This document shows positions 50,616 to 59,890 of a stretch of 64,000 bases of DNA, piece by piece. The position numbers were made by a program, and so were the translations under genes. Each line of letters begins with the position of its first letter. Position 1 is the first letter of the stretch. The notes below the pieces were generated by a model, which saw nothing but the letters and a program-made list of their open reading frames with translations, had not been told where the DNA came from and made no database searches. Origin of the DNA: Polyangiaceae bacterium (lineage in GTDB: Bacteria; Myxococcota_A; Polyangia; Polyangiales; Polyangiaceae); the NCBI GenBank assembly GCA_044376115.1, contig JBILLK010000036.1:1-64000 (forward strand), read 5' to 3'.

Positions 50616-51608
50616 ATGTACGTTGTAGCAGCAGGAGCAAGGAGTTCTGTTGGAGAATCGTTACGCGAGACTCGCCTGAGCCTTGCCGCAGGTATTCGGA
50701 GGTTTCGCCGAACACCCCAGCCAATTGGGCCTTTCGCTGCACTAACGTATGCGCCGGCGTTGGAGGTGGATGTCGAGCCCGCGGAGCGCGCGAGGCTCCT
50801 CTTGGACGCGTCGCTCAACGACTTGTGGGGAGGGCGCGCACACCCATCAAAGCTGGGTATCGTCGTACTGGTGGATCGCCTCGGGCCGAATGTTGCCCCA
50901 GACAGTTCGAGTGAGCGGTTAGCTGCAAAGGTCATGTGGGACGATGTCGAGCGGTTAGACAGCGTCGAAGCCGCTGTTGGAACCCGGTTCGATACAGCCG
51001 TGGAGATGCTTGTGCTCCCCGCGGATGCGTCCGCAGCAGTGAACGGACTTTTGCTAGCAAGAGACTGGCTTGCCACTGGCGCGGTTGAGGTCTGCTTGTT
51101 TGGCGGGCTTAGCGTAGGTTGCGACTTTGCAAGTATGGAGTGGCGTGCCAACCACCAATTGCTGCACCGCTCAGGCGGTGATGAAGGATTGATTCCGGGC
51201 GAGGCGGCGGCCTTTGTCGAATTGCGGGCCAGGGGTAGCGGCATTCATGTGGAGCACATGATGTACAGCCAAAGCACAGAGCCATCGGGGGTAGACGCCC
51301 TCACTGACGCAATGAATCATGTGTTGGGCAACTTGCCAGGGGCTCCTTCCGCCGTCTGGCTCGACGCTAACGGCCTGGTTGGTCGCAAACGAGAATGGGC
51401 TTTGGCTAGTGCCAGAAGTCTTGGACTGCGCAAGCAAACGCCACTGGTACGTGAGCCTTTGCGAGGTCTCGGAGACGTGGGTCCAGCGACCCTTCCGATG
51501 ATGCTTGGTCTTGCATTCGATGGACCTCGAGACAAGGGCCCGATCTTGGGAGTTCTCGCCCATGGGTTCAGTTTTGGGCGAGGGTGCGTAGCGTGGGAGT
51601 CAACTTGA
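50616..51608 (+). CDS. Beta-ketoacyl-synthase-like T6SS accessory protein (PRK06147 type)
   Basis: GARSSVG......AAGI, GLIPGEAAAFV, DANG...R.REW and LGDVG.A; next to DUF2169. Confidence 0.75.
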   Translation: MYVVAAGARSSVGESLRETRLSLAAGIRRFRRTPQPIGPFAALTYAPALEVDVEPAERARLLLDASLNDLWGGRAHPSKLGIVVLVDRLGPNVAPDSSSERLAAKVMWDDVERLDSVEAAVGTRFDTAVEMLVLPADASAAVNGLLLARDWLATGAVEVCLFGGLSVGCDFASMEWRANHQLLHRSGGDEGLIPGEAAAFVELRARGSGIHVEHMMYSQSTEPSGVDALTDAMNHVLGNLPGAPSAVWLDANGLVGRKREWALASARSLGLRKQTPLVREPLRGLGDVGPATLPMMLGLAFDGPRDKGPILGVLAHGFSFGRGCVAWEST

Positions 51609-52426
51609 ATCGTCGCGCTATTGTGTTATCCACCGGGCAGCTTGATCCGATTCCGCGTTGCGTACTGGCGCGCTCTTCCTGGGAGCCCGAGCTGGAGGTG
51701 GTTGTTCGAGGTGGGAATGTGGTACGGAGCCTGTCGCTAGAGTTCTCCTTTGCGAGTCCAGACATCCAGGACAGCGGGCCTGCATATGGGCCTTTTTGTC
51801 AGCTCGAGTTAGCTTTATCCTTATTGCGGCCAGGGTTCTTTGGATGGGATGGAGTCACGCCCGGAGTCATAAGTGCCGTTGACCAGCACGCCAACGGACT
51901 GCAACTGGCGCTAACTCTCCCGCGAGCCCGGCCTGAGTTGCCCTTTGCGCTGGCGCGCGCGCTGGTAGGTTTTGCACCTGTTACGGGTATGCGCAGCTTA
52001 CGAATCGTCGAGCTAGGCGCTGAACTGCACCGTCCGATTCGTAGCAGGGAACTCGACGATTGGCGACCCGATATGCCGAGCCTTCCCTATCCCTTTAAGC
52101 GCAGTGGGCGCGAGAGCGGCTCGCCTTGGACGCTGGAGGCCAACTTCCATGGGTTGCTTAGTAAGGAGGACCGGGCTCGGTTGCTCGACCTCTGCCTGGC
52201 TTATGTCGGTATCATGCGTTTGGGTTTACTACCGGGCGAGGGTTGGATTCCGTGCGCACGGGCCGAGCTGGCTCGTGCCGAGGATAGCCTGCCCGACCAG
52301 TGGGCCTTTGACCTGCTTGAGGTAGAGGGACACAATACAGCAATTGCACCGTTGCTTGAGGCGTTAGCCGTGTTGAAGCTGGATACAACACTAGCCAATG
52401 TGGAACTAAACTGTGGCTTCGGATGA
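51584..52426 (+). CDS. Hypothetical protein, last gene of the T6SS island
   Basis: 280-aa ORF overlapping the previous gene; same composition as the island. Confidence 0.5.
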   Translation: MRSVGVNLNRRAIVLSTGQLDPIPRCVLARSSWEPELEVVVRGGNVVRSLSLEFSFASPDIQDSGPAYGPFCQLELALSLLRPGFFGWDGVTPGVISAVDQHANGLQLALTLPRARPELPFALARALVGFAPVTGMRSLRIVELGAELHRPIRSRELDDWRPDMPSLPYPFKRSGRESGSPWTLEANFHGLLSKEDRARLLDLCLAYVGIMRLGLLPGEGWIPCARAELARAEDSLPDQWAFDLLEVEGHNTAIAPLLEALAVLKLDTTLANVELNCGFG

Positions 52427-52500
52427 GCACTACGACAGGTGTTCCCCACCCGATTGAATCTTTAGGCCGCTCATACCTTCACCCTCTGGTATCGGTACCT

Positions 52501-53010
52501 ATGCTCTCCTTGCGTCCGCTCGGTTACGTGGCCGTTCTCAGCATTGTCAGCGTTGGGTGCGGGGGCCAAGGTGAAGGGTTCAAGGAAACGGAGACAGCGA
52601 CCTTGCCGCTACCCCGCTCGACGAGCTCGTCCGCGACGCTCACGTGCAAGAAGGCCGGTTGCTCTGACCGGTTCACGGTTCGCCTCAAACAACGCCCCTC
52701 TGATCCGAAGGGCTGGGCTGTGGAGGTCGACCTCAAGGGCAAGCCAGCGACTTGCACCTTTGACTGGAGCCCGACGACCACGAGCGCGACCTGCGGCGAA
52801 GGTTTGAGCATGGCCTTCCACGAGCCTCCGCTCGATGACGCTACGACGGCAACCCTCACCGTCGCGGGGGCGCCGTCGCGCGTGGGCCTCACCGTCAAGC
52901 ACAACGGTGCGCCTATCGAACCGCAGCGCTTCTACGACCCAACGTACGAGACGGACCCAACCGGCACTGCTTGCGGCTGTCAAGCCTCGGGGACGTTCGT
53001 ACTCAAGTAG
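52501..53010 (+). CDS. Hypothetical lipoprotein
   Basis: Lipobox SVGC; C...GC and P.G..CGC motifs; return to background GC. Confidence 0.6.
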   Translation: MLSLRPLGYVAVLSIVSVGCGGQGEGFKETETATLPLPRSTSSSATLTCKKAGCSDRFTVRLKQRPSDPKGWAVEVDLKGKPATCTFDWSPTTTSATCGEGLSMAFHEPPLDDATTATLTVAGAPSRVGLTVKHNGAPIEPQRFYDPTYETDPTGTACGCQASGTFVLK

Positions 53011-53012
53011 CG

Positions 53013-53441
53013 CTAGTTGCTGCGCCGACAAACCATGCGCACCGCGCGGCCTTCTTCACCCCACGGCGCGATGTTCGTCATCTGCAACACCAACTCGTGA
53101 TCCGAACGCAGCGAGAGGGTGATGCGCCAGCCCCACTCGGGGCTGTCGGCTTCGCCGTCGCCGTAGCGGCCGGTCACGTCCAAGAGCGCCCAGCTCGCGG
53201 TAACGTTGCTGCAGGCCATGCTGGTGCGTGCGTGCCAGCTATCGTTGAAATCGGCGCCCTGCGCGTTGATCGCGAGCCGCCCCTCTTGCGGCCGCCCCTC
53301 GTAACTCCAGCTGTAGGAGATGCCGGCCTCATCGATCGAGACGGTGCAATCACACATCAGAACGTCATTGCCCATCGGGTCGAGCCACAGCTCCTTCTTG
53401 CCACGCCACTGGCTACCCGCGAGATCCGAAAGCTTCCCCAT
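53013..53441 (-). CDS. DUF1579-like beta-barrel protein
   Basis: LAG..W.G...LWLDP, Y.W.YEG.PQEG, DSWH, WGWRI and MTNI.P.GEE..AV. Confidence 0.6.
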   Translation of the reverse strand: MGKLSDLAGSQWRGKKELWLDPMGNDVLMCDCTVSIDEAGISYSWSYEGRPQEGRLAINAQGADFNDSWHARTSMACSNVTASWALLDVTGRYGDGEADSPEWGWRITLSLRSDHELVLQMTNIAPWGEEGRAVRMVCRRSN

Positions 53442-53599
53442 GCCGCGGAATTTAACGCGAAGAGGACAGCTGCCCAAGAGCAATGCGGCCGGCGGACGTG
53501 TGCCCCGCAGAAGCGGCGGACTTGTCCTCTGAAGTTAGCGGAGCTGTCCCTGGTGCCCGCCGTTCCACCGTCTTCCGCCGAAGGCGGATGCAGCGAACA

Positions 53600-53672
53600 G
53601 AATGACTCGTGCCGTCTTCTGAAAGAACGGCCGAAGGCCCCGTGGTCATTGGGACTTTGGCACGAGTCATTG
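53600..53672. repeat. Miniature inverted-repeat element, copy 2
   Basis: aatgactcgtgcc ... ggcacgagtcatt. Shares ggccgaaggcccc and gactttggcacgagtcatt with copy 1. Confidence 0.8.
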
Positions 53673-53719
53673 GCCGCAATAAGTTCGATTAAGTCGCGCA
53701 GCCGGAGGTCCACCGTAGC

Positions 53720-54871
53720 GTGCGAGCGATGAACCCTACCTTGGTCGCTTTGCGCTGCGTTGGTCGTTGCTTGAACCGGGTTAAGCCCTTGGTCGCGCTG
53801 CTCGCGTTGAACGGCGCCGGCTGTGGTGGACTGGTCGTGATGCCGAGTGATGACGAGAGCGCCTCCGACTCCGAGGGCGGCTCCGACGCTGTCGAGCCCG
53901 CTGCGCCCTTGGTGCAAATCTCAGCCAAGTGGGATCACGTTTGCGCCATCGACGAGCGCGGTACGCTCAGCTGTTGGGGCGTCTACTTGAGCGCCACCGA
54001 CGGCATCGCGGAGACCTTTGCGCTCGCGGCTGAGCCGCGCGTCATTGACCCTGGGCATCGTTATCGCAAGGTCTCCGCCGGTATTGGTACCACCTGCGCG
54101 ATTCGAAGCGACGGTAGCCTCTGGTGTTGGGGCCACAACCAAGGAGGCGCACTTGCGACCGGTGACCGACTGCCCAGCGTCGACCCGGTGCGCATCGGTG
54201 AGGCCAGCGACTGGGAGCAGGTCGCGGTGGGCTCGGGCTTTGTTTGCGGTCTGCGCGCAGGAGGGGCGCTCTACTGTTGGGGCGGGCCAGACTACGGCGA
54301 AGTGATCGACGGCCCGCTCGACTCGGAAGCGTTGCTCGTCCCGACGTTCCTCGGCGAAACGTTCATCGCCGTGGACTCGCACTGGTACCGCACCGTGGCC
54401 ATCAAAGCAGACGGCAGCGTTTGGTCCAGCGACAACAACGGTCTGTTCGGCTTCGTCCAAGGCTTTGAAGGCCTCGCGGCAAGCGTTTCGGTCGGGGTGA
54501 GCGAGTTCCAGATCGTCGACCGGGAGGGGGCGCTTTCTCGGCTGCACTTTGTGCAGTACGGCGTCGTCGAGCAGACCTTCGAGCAGCCGAATGAGAGCTT
54601 CACCGACGCACACTCGGCGAGCTACGCGCGCTGCGCCGTGAGTGAGGAGCACGAGCTCTTCTGCGCGCCCAAAGCAACCACCGAGGTGCAACCGCTCGCC
54701 CCGTTCGGCGAAGGCGCAGACTGGACCGAAGTTGGCGTCGGCCAGTCGTTTGGCTGCGGAGTGCGCCTCGATGGCTCGATCTGGTGTTGGGGCACGCTCG
54801 GCAGCGGCTTCACGGGTAGCAGCACGCCGGAGGTCGTAGAGTACGGACCAGCCCCCGTGCGCGTCCAATGA
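53720..54871 (+). CDS. RCC1/BLIP-II repeat beta-propeller lipoprotein (start uncertain)
   Basis: Repeated H/T.CAI..DG.L.CWG motifs; lipobox-like GAGC. Confidence 0.82.
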   Translation: MRAMNPTLVALRCVGRCLNRVKPLVALLALNGAGCGGLVVMPSDDESASDSEGGSDAVEPAAPLVQISAKWDHVCAIDERGTLSCWGVYLSATDGIAETFALAAEPRVIDPGHRYRKVSAGIGTTCAIRSDGSLWCWGHNQGGALATGDRLPSVDPVRIGEASDWEQVAVGSGFVCGLRAGGALYCWGGPDYGEVIDGPLDSEALLVPTFLGETFIAVDSHWYRTVAIKADGSVWSSDNNGLFGFVQGFEGLAASVSVGVSEFQIVDREGALSRLHFVQYGVVEQTFEQPNESFTDAHSASYARCAVSEEHELFCAPKATTEVQPLAPFGEGADWTEVGVGQSFGCGVRLDGSIWCWGTLGSGFTGSSTPEVVEYGPAPVRVQ

Positions 54872-54893
54872 CCAGCGCACGGGGGCGCTTCCG

Positions 54894-55598
54894 TCACTCG
54901 CGTTCGAAGAAGGTCTGCTCGCCTGTCTCGGCATGCAGTGCGCTCATCCCATCCGCGGTGACGCAATACTCGAGCGCGGCCTGTTCAGCCTTAGCGCCCA
55001 CGAGCAGCGTGGTTCCCGACAGCTCGTATGGCTCATTGGCCGACTCGAGCGGCCCACCGACGACGCTGGTGCAGTTGCATAGGGCCCCACGATCGACGCA
55101 GGACACGTCATCGCCCTGCACCACCGAGTCACAGGTAGCGCCCGGCACCATGCAATCCTTCGGCAATAGGATCTCCCAGCCGGCGAACACCTGGCGATCG
55201 ATCTGCACGGTGCCCGCTGCTGCAAACACGGCTGTGCCTTCGATTCGGTAAACGTAGCGGGAGAGTTCGACGCTGCCGTTGCCGCAGGGCTCCTCGAGCC
55301 ACTGCGTTTCTCCGCAGGCCTGCGAATAACGAAAGGCGCCGACGACGTCGCCGCCGCAGGGAGCCGCTTCACAGAAGCTGTTCGCGCCGCCGCCTGCTTG
55401 CTCACCGCCGCCGGCTCCGCCTCCTCCCGAAGAAGCGTTCGCGCCCGAGCCACTCGAGGTCGAGCTTTCGTTGTCTTGGCCACCGGAGCCTGAGGGCTCT
55501 TCATTGCTGGCGCAGGCGAAGGCGAGCGTGAGGGGGCAGGCGAGGAGGAGGCTGAAACGGGAAGATGCGATGCGTTGCTTCATGCGGCCGTTGTGCAC
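54894..55598 (-). CDS. Gly-rich linker, Cys-rich lipoprotein
   Basis: Lipobox AFAC; PCGGDVVG and ..EYCV..D motifs. Confidence 0.7.
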   Translation of the reverse strand: MHNGRMKQRIASSRFSLLLACPLTLAFACASNEEPSGSGGQDNESSTSSGSGANASSGGGGAGGGEQAGGGANSFCEAAPCGGDVVGAFRYSQACGETQWLEEPCGNGSVELSRYVYRIEGTAVFAAAGTVQIDRQVFAGWEILLPKDCMVPGATCDSVVQGDDVSCVDRGALCNCTSVVGGPLESANEPYELSGTTLLVGAKAEQAALEYCVTADGMSALHAETGEQTFFERE

Positions 55599-55733
55599 CG
55601 TGCCGCGAGTGAGCGAGCCTTAAAGCACCTTATTCCGGCGCACTGCGACACGCGTGGGGCAGCGCACACAGGAGCTGCGACAGAAGGAGGTCGGTGCCGC
55701 GGTCACTCGGCTCGGATTCAGCGCAATTCGCGC

Positions 55734-55749
55734 TGGCACGGCTCATGAA
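55734..55749 (+). promoter_or_regulatory. Sigma54-like promoter of the DUF1592/DUF1552 operon
   Basis: TGGCACGGCTCATGAA (perfect -24, GA at -12). Upstream direct repeats TGCGACA at 55644-55650 and 55676-55682. Confidence 0.55.
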
Positions 55750-55761
55750 TAGCAGGCCAGC

Positions 55762-57522
55762 ATGATGCGGCGATTAGCTCTCGGCATGGTCTTGCTCGCG
55801 CCTGCGGGCTGCATCGGCAGCCTCGGTGGTGACGATGACAGCACGGGCAAACCAGGCGAAGAGGAGGTCACCTACGAGACCAGCGCGTTCGCCTGCAAGC
55901 CGGGCCTTCAGCCGACCGAGTTGCCGCTGCGCAGGCTCTCCAACCAACAGTACCGCCGGGCGATGACCGATACGCTGCGCGCGCTGCTCCCGGGCGAGGC
56001 CGACGCGGTGCTCAGCGAGGTGCAGAGCCGCGTCGATGCGCTCCCGCGCGACAAGCGCAGCGGCCCCGATCCGAAGTACGGCGGCTTTCGTCGGCTCGAC
56101 CAAGCCATCTTTCAGGAGACCGTCAGCGGCTCGTATGAAGTGGGGTCTTTGATCGGTAGCGCCGTCGCTTCGAGCGATGCGCGGCTGCAAGAGATCGCCG
56201 GGGCGTGCGCGACCGACGCTGACGCGAGCAACGATGCGGCGTGTCTCGAGGCCTTCGTCGAGAAGGTCGCACCGCGCATTTTGCGCCGCGCGGTGAGTGC
56301 GGAGGACGTCGCTTTCTACGTAGCCGTCGCCGACAGCACGTTGGAGCGCGAAGACTACGGCGACGTGCTCAACGTCCTGTTTAGCGCGCCGGATTTCCTC
56401 TACTTCGTCGAGCAAGGCAGCGGCGAGCCGGTGGACGGTGTGCTCACGCTCACCGCGCATGAGCTCGCCAATCGCTTGTCCTTCCACTTCTGGCAGACGG
56501 TTCCGGATGAGGAGCTGTGGGCGTTGGCGGACGCAGGCTCCTTGAGCGACGAGGCGGTGTACAAGGCGCAGGTTGAGCGGCTTTTCGCTGACGCCCGCAC
56601 GCAACAAGCGCTCGACGAGTTCTACGGCGATTGGCTGGATCCCCAGCATCTCGGGGCGCTCGACGCAGGCGTTGGTTCGCCCGACTACGACGCCTTCACC
56701 GGTGAGTTTTCGCCCTCGAGCGATACCCGCGCGCACATGCTGAACGAGATCGAGCGCATGGGTCGCTACTACTCGGTGGACGCGCCGAGCAGCTTCGACG
56801 AGTTCTTCTTGTCCGACCGCTCCTTCGCTGAGCACGACGACGTGGCCGAGATCTACGGTGTTTCGGCGTGGACCGAGGGCGATCCGCCGGCCCTGCCCGC
56901 CGAACGTCAGGGGCTAACTACGCGAGCGCTCTTGCTCGCGAGCGGCAGCGTCTCCACGCACCCGATCATGAAGGGCGTGTTTCTGCGCAAGACCATCCTC
57001 TGCGACGAAGTGGGTGCACCGCCCGCCGATGCGATGGCTGTCGCCGACGGTACTCAGCCGAGCGGCATCACCTCGCGCGACAAGGCCGTCGCCATCAGCG
57101 AGGCTCGCGCCGATTGCGCCGCCTGCCACGAGACGCTGATCAATCCGCTGGGCTTCGTGACCGAGAACTTCGACGGGCTCGGGCGTTTGCGCAGCAGTGA
57201 GTCGGTTTACGACAAGACCACCGGCGAAGTGATCGGCACGGCCGCCGTGGACACGAGCGCGACGCCGCGGGTCACCTTCGACGACGAGCGCGAGGCCTCT
57301 AACGCCGCCCAGCTCAATAGCTACATGCTCGAGAGCGAGAAGCCGCAGGCCTGCTTCGCTCGACGCTACTTCCGTTTCACCTTCGGCCGCGAAGAAGACG
57401 CCGGTGACGGCTGCTTGCTCGCCGATACGCATGAGGCGCTGCTCGATGGCGGTGACCTCGGCTCGGTGTTGCGCAGCATGGCCCTGGCCGGCCAGTTCAA
57501 GAACAAGTCCTTCACCCCGTGA
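55762..57522 (+). CDS. DUF1592/DUF1588/DUF1595-family lipoprotein with a CxxCH motif
   Basis: LRRLSN.QY, ELANRLSFHFW.T.PD.EL, T.PI.KG.F.R..ILC and CAACH..INPLGF..ENFDG.GR.R. Confidence 0.88.
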   Translation: MMRRLALGMVLLAPAGCIGSLGGDDDSTGKPGEEEVTYETSAFACKPGLQPTELPLRRLSNQQYRRAMTDTLRALLPGEADAVLSEVQSRVDALPRDKRSGPDPKYGGFRRLDQAIFQETVSGSYEVGSLIGSAVASSDARLQEIAGACATDADASNDAACLEAFVEKVAPRILRRAVSAEDVAFYVAVADSTLEREDYGDVLNVLFSAPDFLYFVEQGSGEPVDGVLTLTAHELANRLSFHFWQTVPDEELWALADAGSLSDEAVYKAQVERLFADARTQQALDEFYGDWLDPQHLGALDAGVGSPDYDAFTGEFSPSSDTRAHMLNEIERMGRYYSVDAPSSFDEFFLSDRSFAEHDDVAEIYGVSAWTEGDPPALPAERQGLTTRALLLASGSVSTHPIMKGVFLRKTILCDEVGAPPADAMAVADGTQPSGITSRDKAVAISEARADCAACHETLINPLGFVTENFDGLGRLRSSESVYDKTTGEVIGTAAVDTSATPRVTFDDEREASNAAQLNSYMLESEKPQACFARRYFRFTFGREEDAGDGCLLADTHEALLDGGDLGSVLRSMALAGQFKNKSFTP

Positions 57523-57545
57523 CGCACGCTGCTCGGAGCAAGACC

Positions 57546-59081
57546 ATGAAGAAGAATGCAAACAACTCGCGGCGGATGTTCCTGCGCGGCATGGGCGGTG
57601 CGCTGCTAACCATCCCCTTCCTCTCCTCGCTGGAGACCAAAGAGTCGAGCGCTGCGCCTACCGGCAAGCCCAAGCGCTTCATCGCGCTCGCAACCAATCA
57701 CGGCGGCGTGCGCGGCAGCAACATGCATCCTGCGCAGGCCACTCTGAGCGACACCCTGGCCTACGCCGGTATCTCGGTGCGGCGCGGTGATCTGCAGCTC
57801 GCCGTGCAGAATGGTCGGGCCTCTCTCTCGCCGGTGCTCTCGGCCGATTCGAGCGTCTTTACGCAAGGCTTGGCCAGCAAGCTCAACGTGCTGCGCGGCC
57901 TCGATGTTGCGCGCTACATCGCCCACAACGAGGGCTCTCACCTCGGCAACGTCACCAGCAACGACCCGAGCGGCACGCCGCTGCTGCGACCCACGCTCGA
58001 TCAAGTGTTGGCCTACTCGGATGCCTTCTACCCGTCGGTGCCGAAGGTGCGGTCGATGAACCTGGCCGCTGTGGGTAGCATCTCGGTGGGCCATGAAAAC
58101 CCGATGGATGCGAACAGCCCGCTGCAGTCGATGCCCAGCTCGCACAGCGTCTACGATCTGTTCGCCGCCGTTTACACTCCGCCCGATCCGACCGAGGTCA
58201 AACGCTCGCCGGTGGTGGACAGCGTGCTCGCCGATTACAGGCGGCTGCGCAATGGTGGCCGCATCTCCAAGGCCGATCGCGACCGGCTCGACGCCCATAT
58301 CGCGCGGCTCGAGGATCTCGAGGCCTCGCTCACCGCGACGCAATCTTGCGGTGAAGTGACCGGCCCGACCGAAGACCCTTCGGGCCCGTGGGTCGGTGAT
58401 TACTTCACCAACCCCGATACGCAGGCGCGCTACCTCAACGCCTACCTCGACGTGATGCTGATCGCGCTGAGCTGCGACACCTGTCGCATCGGTACCGTCT
58501 CCTCCGACATCCTGATGGACTACGTGGGCGCCGACTATCACCAGGACGTGGCGCATCGATCGCACCAAAGCACGCCCGAAGCGCCGCTCGAGGACGTGAA
58601 CGCGCAAGACCACATCCGCGATGGTTCGCAGCGTTACTTCGAACGCGTCTTCTTGCGCTTCATCTCGCGCATGGAGGCGATCGACGATGGCGACGGGCAA
58701 AGCCTGCTCGACTCATCGCTGGTGGCCTGGACGCAAGAGAGCGGCATCCGTACCCACGACAACCTCGACTGGCCGGTGGTGCTCGCAGGCGGCGCAGCAG
58801 GCACGGTGAGCACTGGCAACTTCTGCGACTACCGTCACCTCGCAGGTCCGGCGATCTACGAGGGCAGCAACGACGAGACGAAGCCCGGCCTGATGCTGAT
58901 GCAGTACCACGGCACCTTGCTCCAAGCGATGGGCCTGGATCCCTCGAGCTACGAAGAGAGCGAGTACGGCGGCTACGGCCCGATGATCGATTACGACGCT
59001 GATAGCTGGTTCCCCCACGGTATGTGGAGCGAGACCGTGAAGCACGCAGCGCACGATTGGCTGCCGTTCCTGAAGGCCTGA
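57546..59081 (+). CDS. DUF1552-family Tat-exported protein
   Basis: SRRMFLRG.GG..L..PFL.SL, S..D.V..D..RL, D..RLD.H, ALSCD..R, LLD.S and H.....P.VLAG. Confidence 0.88.
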   Translation: MKKNANNSRRMFLRGMGGALLTIPFLSSLETKESSAAPTGKPKRFIALATNHGGVRGSNMHPAQATLSDTLAYAGISVRRGDLQLAVQNGRASLSPVLSADSSVFTQGLASKLNVLRGLDVARYIAHNEGSHLGNVTSNDPSGTPLLRPTLDQVLAYSDAFYPSVPKVRSMNLAAVGSISVGHENPMDANSPLQSMPSSHSVYDLFAAVYTPPDPTEVKRSPVVDSVLADYRRLRNGGRISKADRDRLDAHIARLEDLEASLTATQSCGEVTGPTEDPSGPWVGDYFTNPDTQARYLNAYLDVMLIALSCDTCRIGTVSSDILMDYVGADYHQDVAHRSHQSTPEAPLEDVNAQDHIRDGSQRYFERVFLRFISRMEAIDDGDGQSLLDSSLVAWTQESGIRTHDNLDWPVVLAGGAAGTVSTGNFCDYRHLAGPAIYEGSNDETKPGLMLMQYHGTLLQAMGLDPSSYEESEYGGYGPMIDYDADSWFPHGMWSETVKHAAHDWLPFLKA

Positions 59082-59104
59082 ACAGCCTTAGCGAACGACC
59101 GAAC

Positions 59105-59887
59105 TCAGGGGCAGGGCACGCTGTTGATGCAGTCGATCCGGGCTTGCCCCGGTGAGCTCTCGGCGGCCTTGTAAGTGCCTGCGCCAATTCGAATCGATAG
59201 GTTTTCCAGTGGGAGCAGGAATGCACTCGAGCCGCGGGTGTTCCAGCTCAAGCCGTCGGTCGAGGTCTCGAAAAACATCTCCGTTTCGTCTGCGCGAATT
59301 CGCAGATAGCGGTCAACGTTCGGGTTGTAGCTCCCGTTGGAAAACTCCATCGCGTTGCCGTTGCCCGCAAACTGGAAGCCACCGCCCTCGAGGATCAGGT
59401 TGGCTGCGGCCCCGGTGCTCGGGTCATCCAAGTACACGTAGGTTTGCGCGCCGAGGATCGGGTTGGTCGCCTCGAGCAGGCGGAAGCTGAGGCTGTCACA
59501 GGTGAGGTGGAACACGCCGGGCAGCTCGACCCAGCAGAAGTCGACCGCCGGTGGATCGGGCAGTGGGAACAGGGCGGAGCCGGCGTCGGCCACGACGCAG
59601 CTATGTGGCGACAGCGAGCCGAGCCCGCCGTCAAAGGTCTCCTGAATCGAACTTACCGGCGGGTTGATGAACTCCCCGCACGCGAGCTGCCCACCCATTC
59701 CGCCTTGTGCGCCCAAGCCCCCGCCGGCCATTCCGCCTGCGCCGCCAAGTCCTCCCGCTCCGCCAGCCTCCGACGAGCTCGATCCGCCCGGGTTCTGCCC
59801 GCCGCGGTCATAGCTCTCGAGATCGAAAGCGATCGAACAACCGAACAGCGCCAGCGACCCGAACCCGAGCAACGAAGTACCGCGCAT
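59105..59887 (-). CDS. Gly-rich lipoprotein with a beta-sandwich-like C-domain
   Basis: Lipobox LFGC; G-rich tether; YLRIR....FETS.DG..W. Confidence 0.65.
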   Translation of the reverse strand: MRGTSLLGFGSLALFGCSIAFDLESYDRGGQNPGGSSSSEAGGAGGLGGAGGMAGGGLGAQGGMGGQLACGEFINPPVSSIQETFDGGLGSLSPHSCVVADAGSALFPLPDPPAVDFCWVELPGVFHLTCDSLSFRLLEATNPILGAQTYVYLDDPSTGAAANLILEGGGFQFAGNGNAMEFSNGSYNPNVDRYLRIRADETEMFFETSTDGLSWNTRGSSAFLLPLENLSIRIGAGTYKAAESSPGQARIDCINSVPCP

Positions 59888-59890
59888 CGC

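Noticed and set aside
50616..51608. Fatty-acid or polyketide biosynthesis gene
   Set aside because: No clear catalytic Cys motif and no ACP or PKS neighbours; the context is a DUF2169 T6SS cassette.
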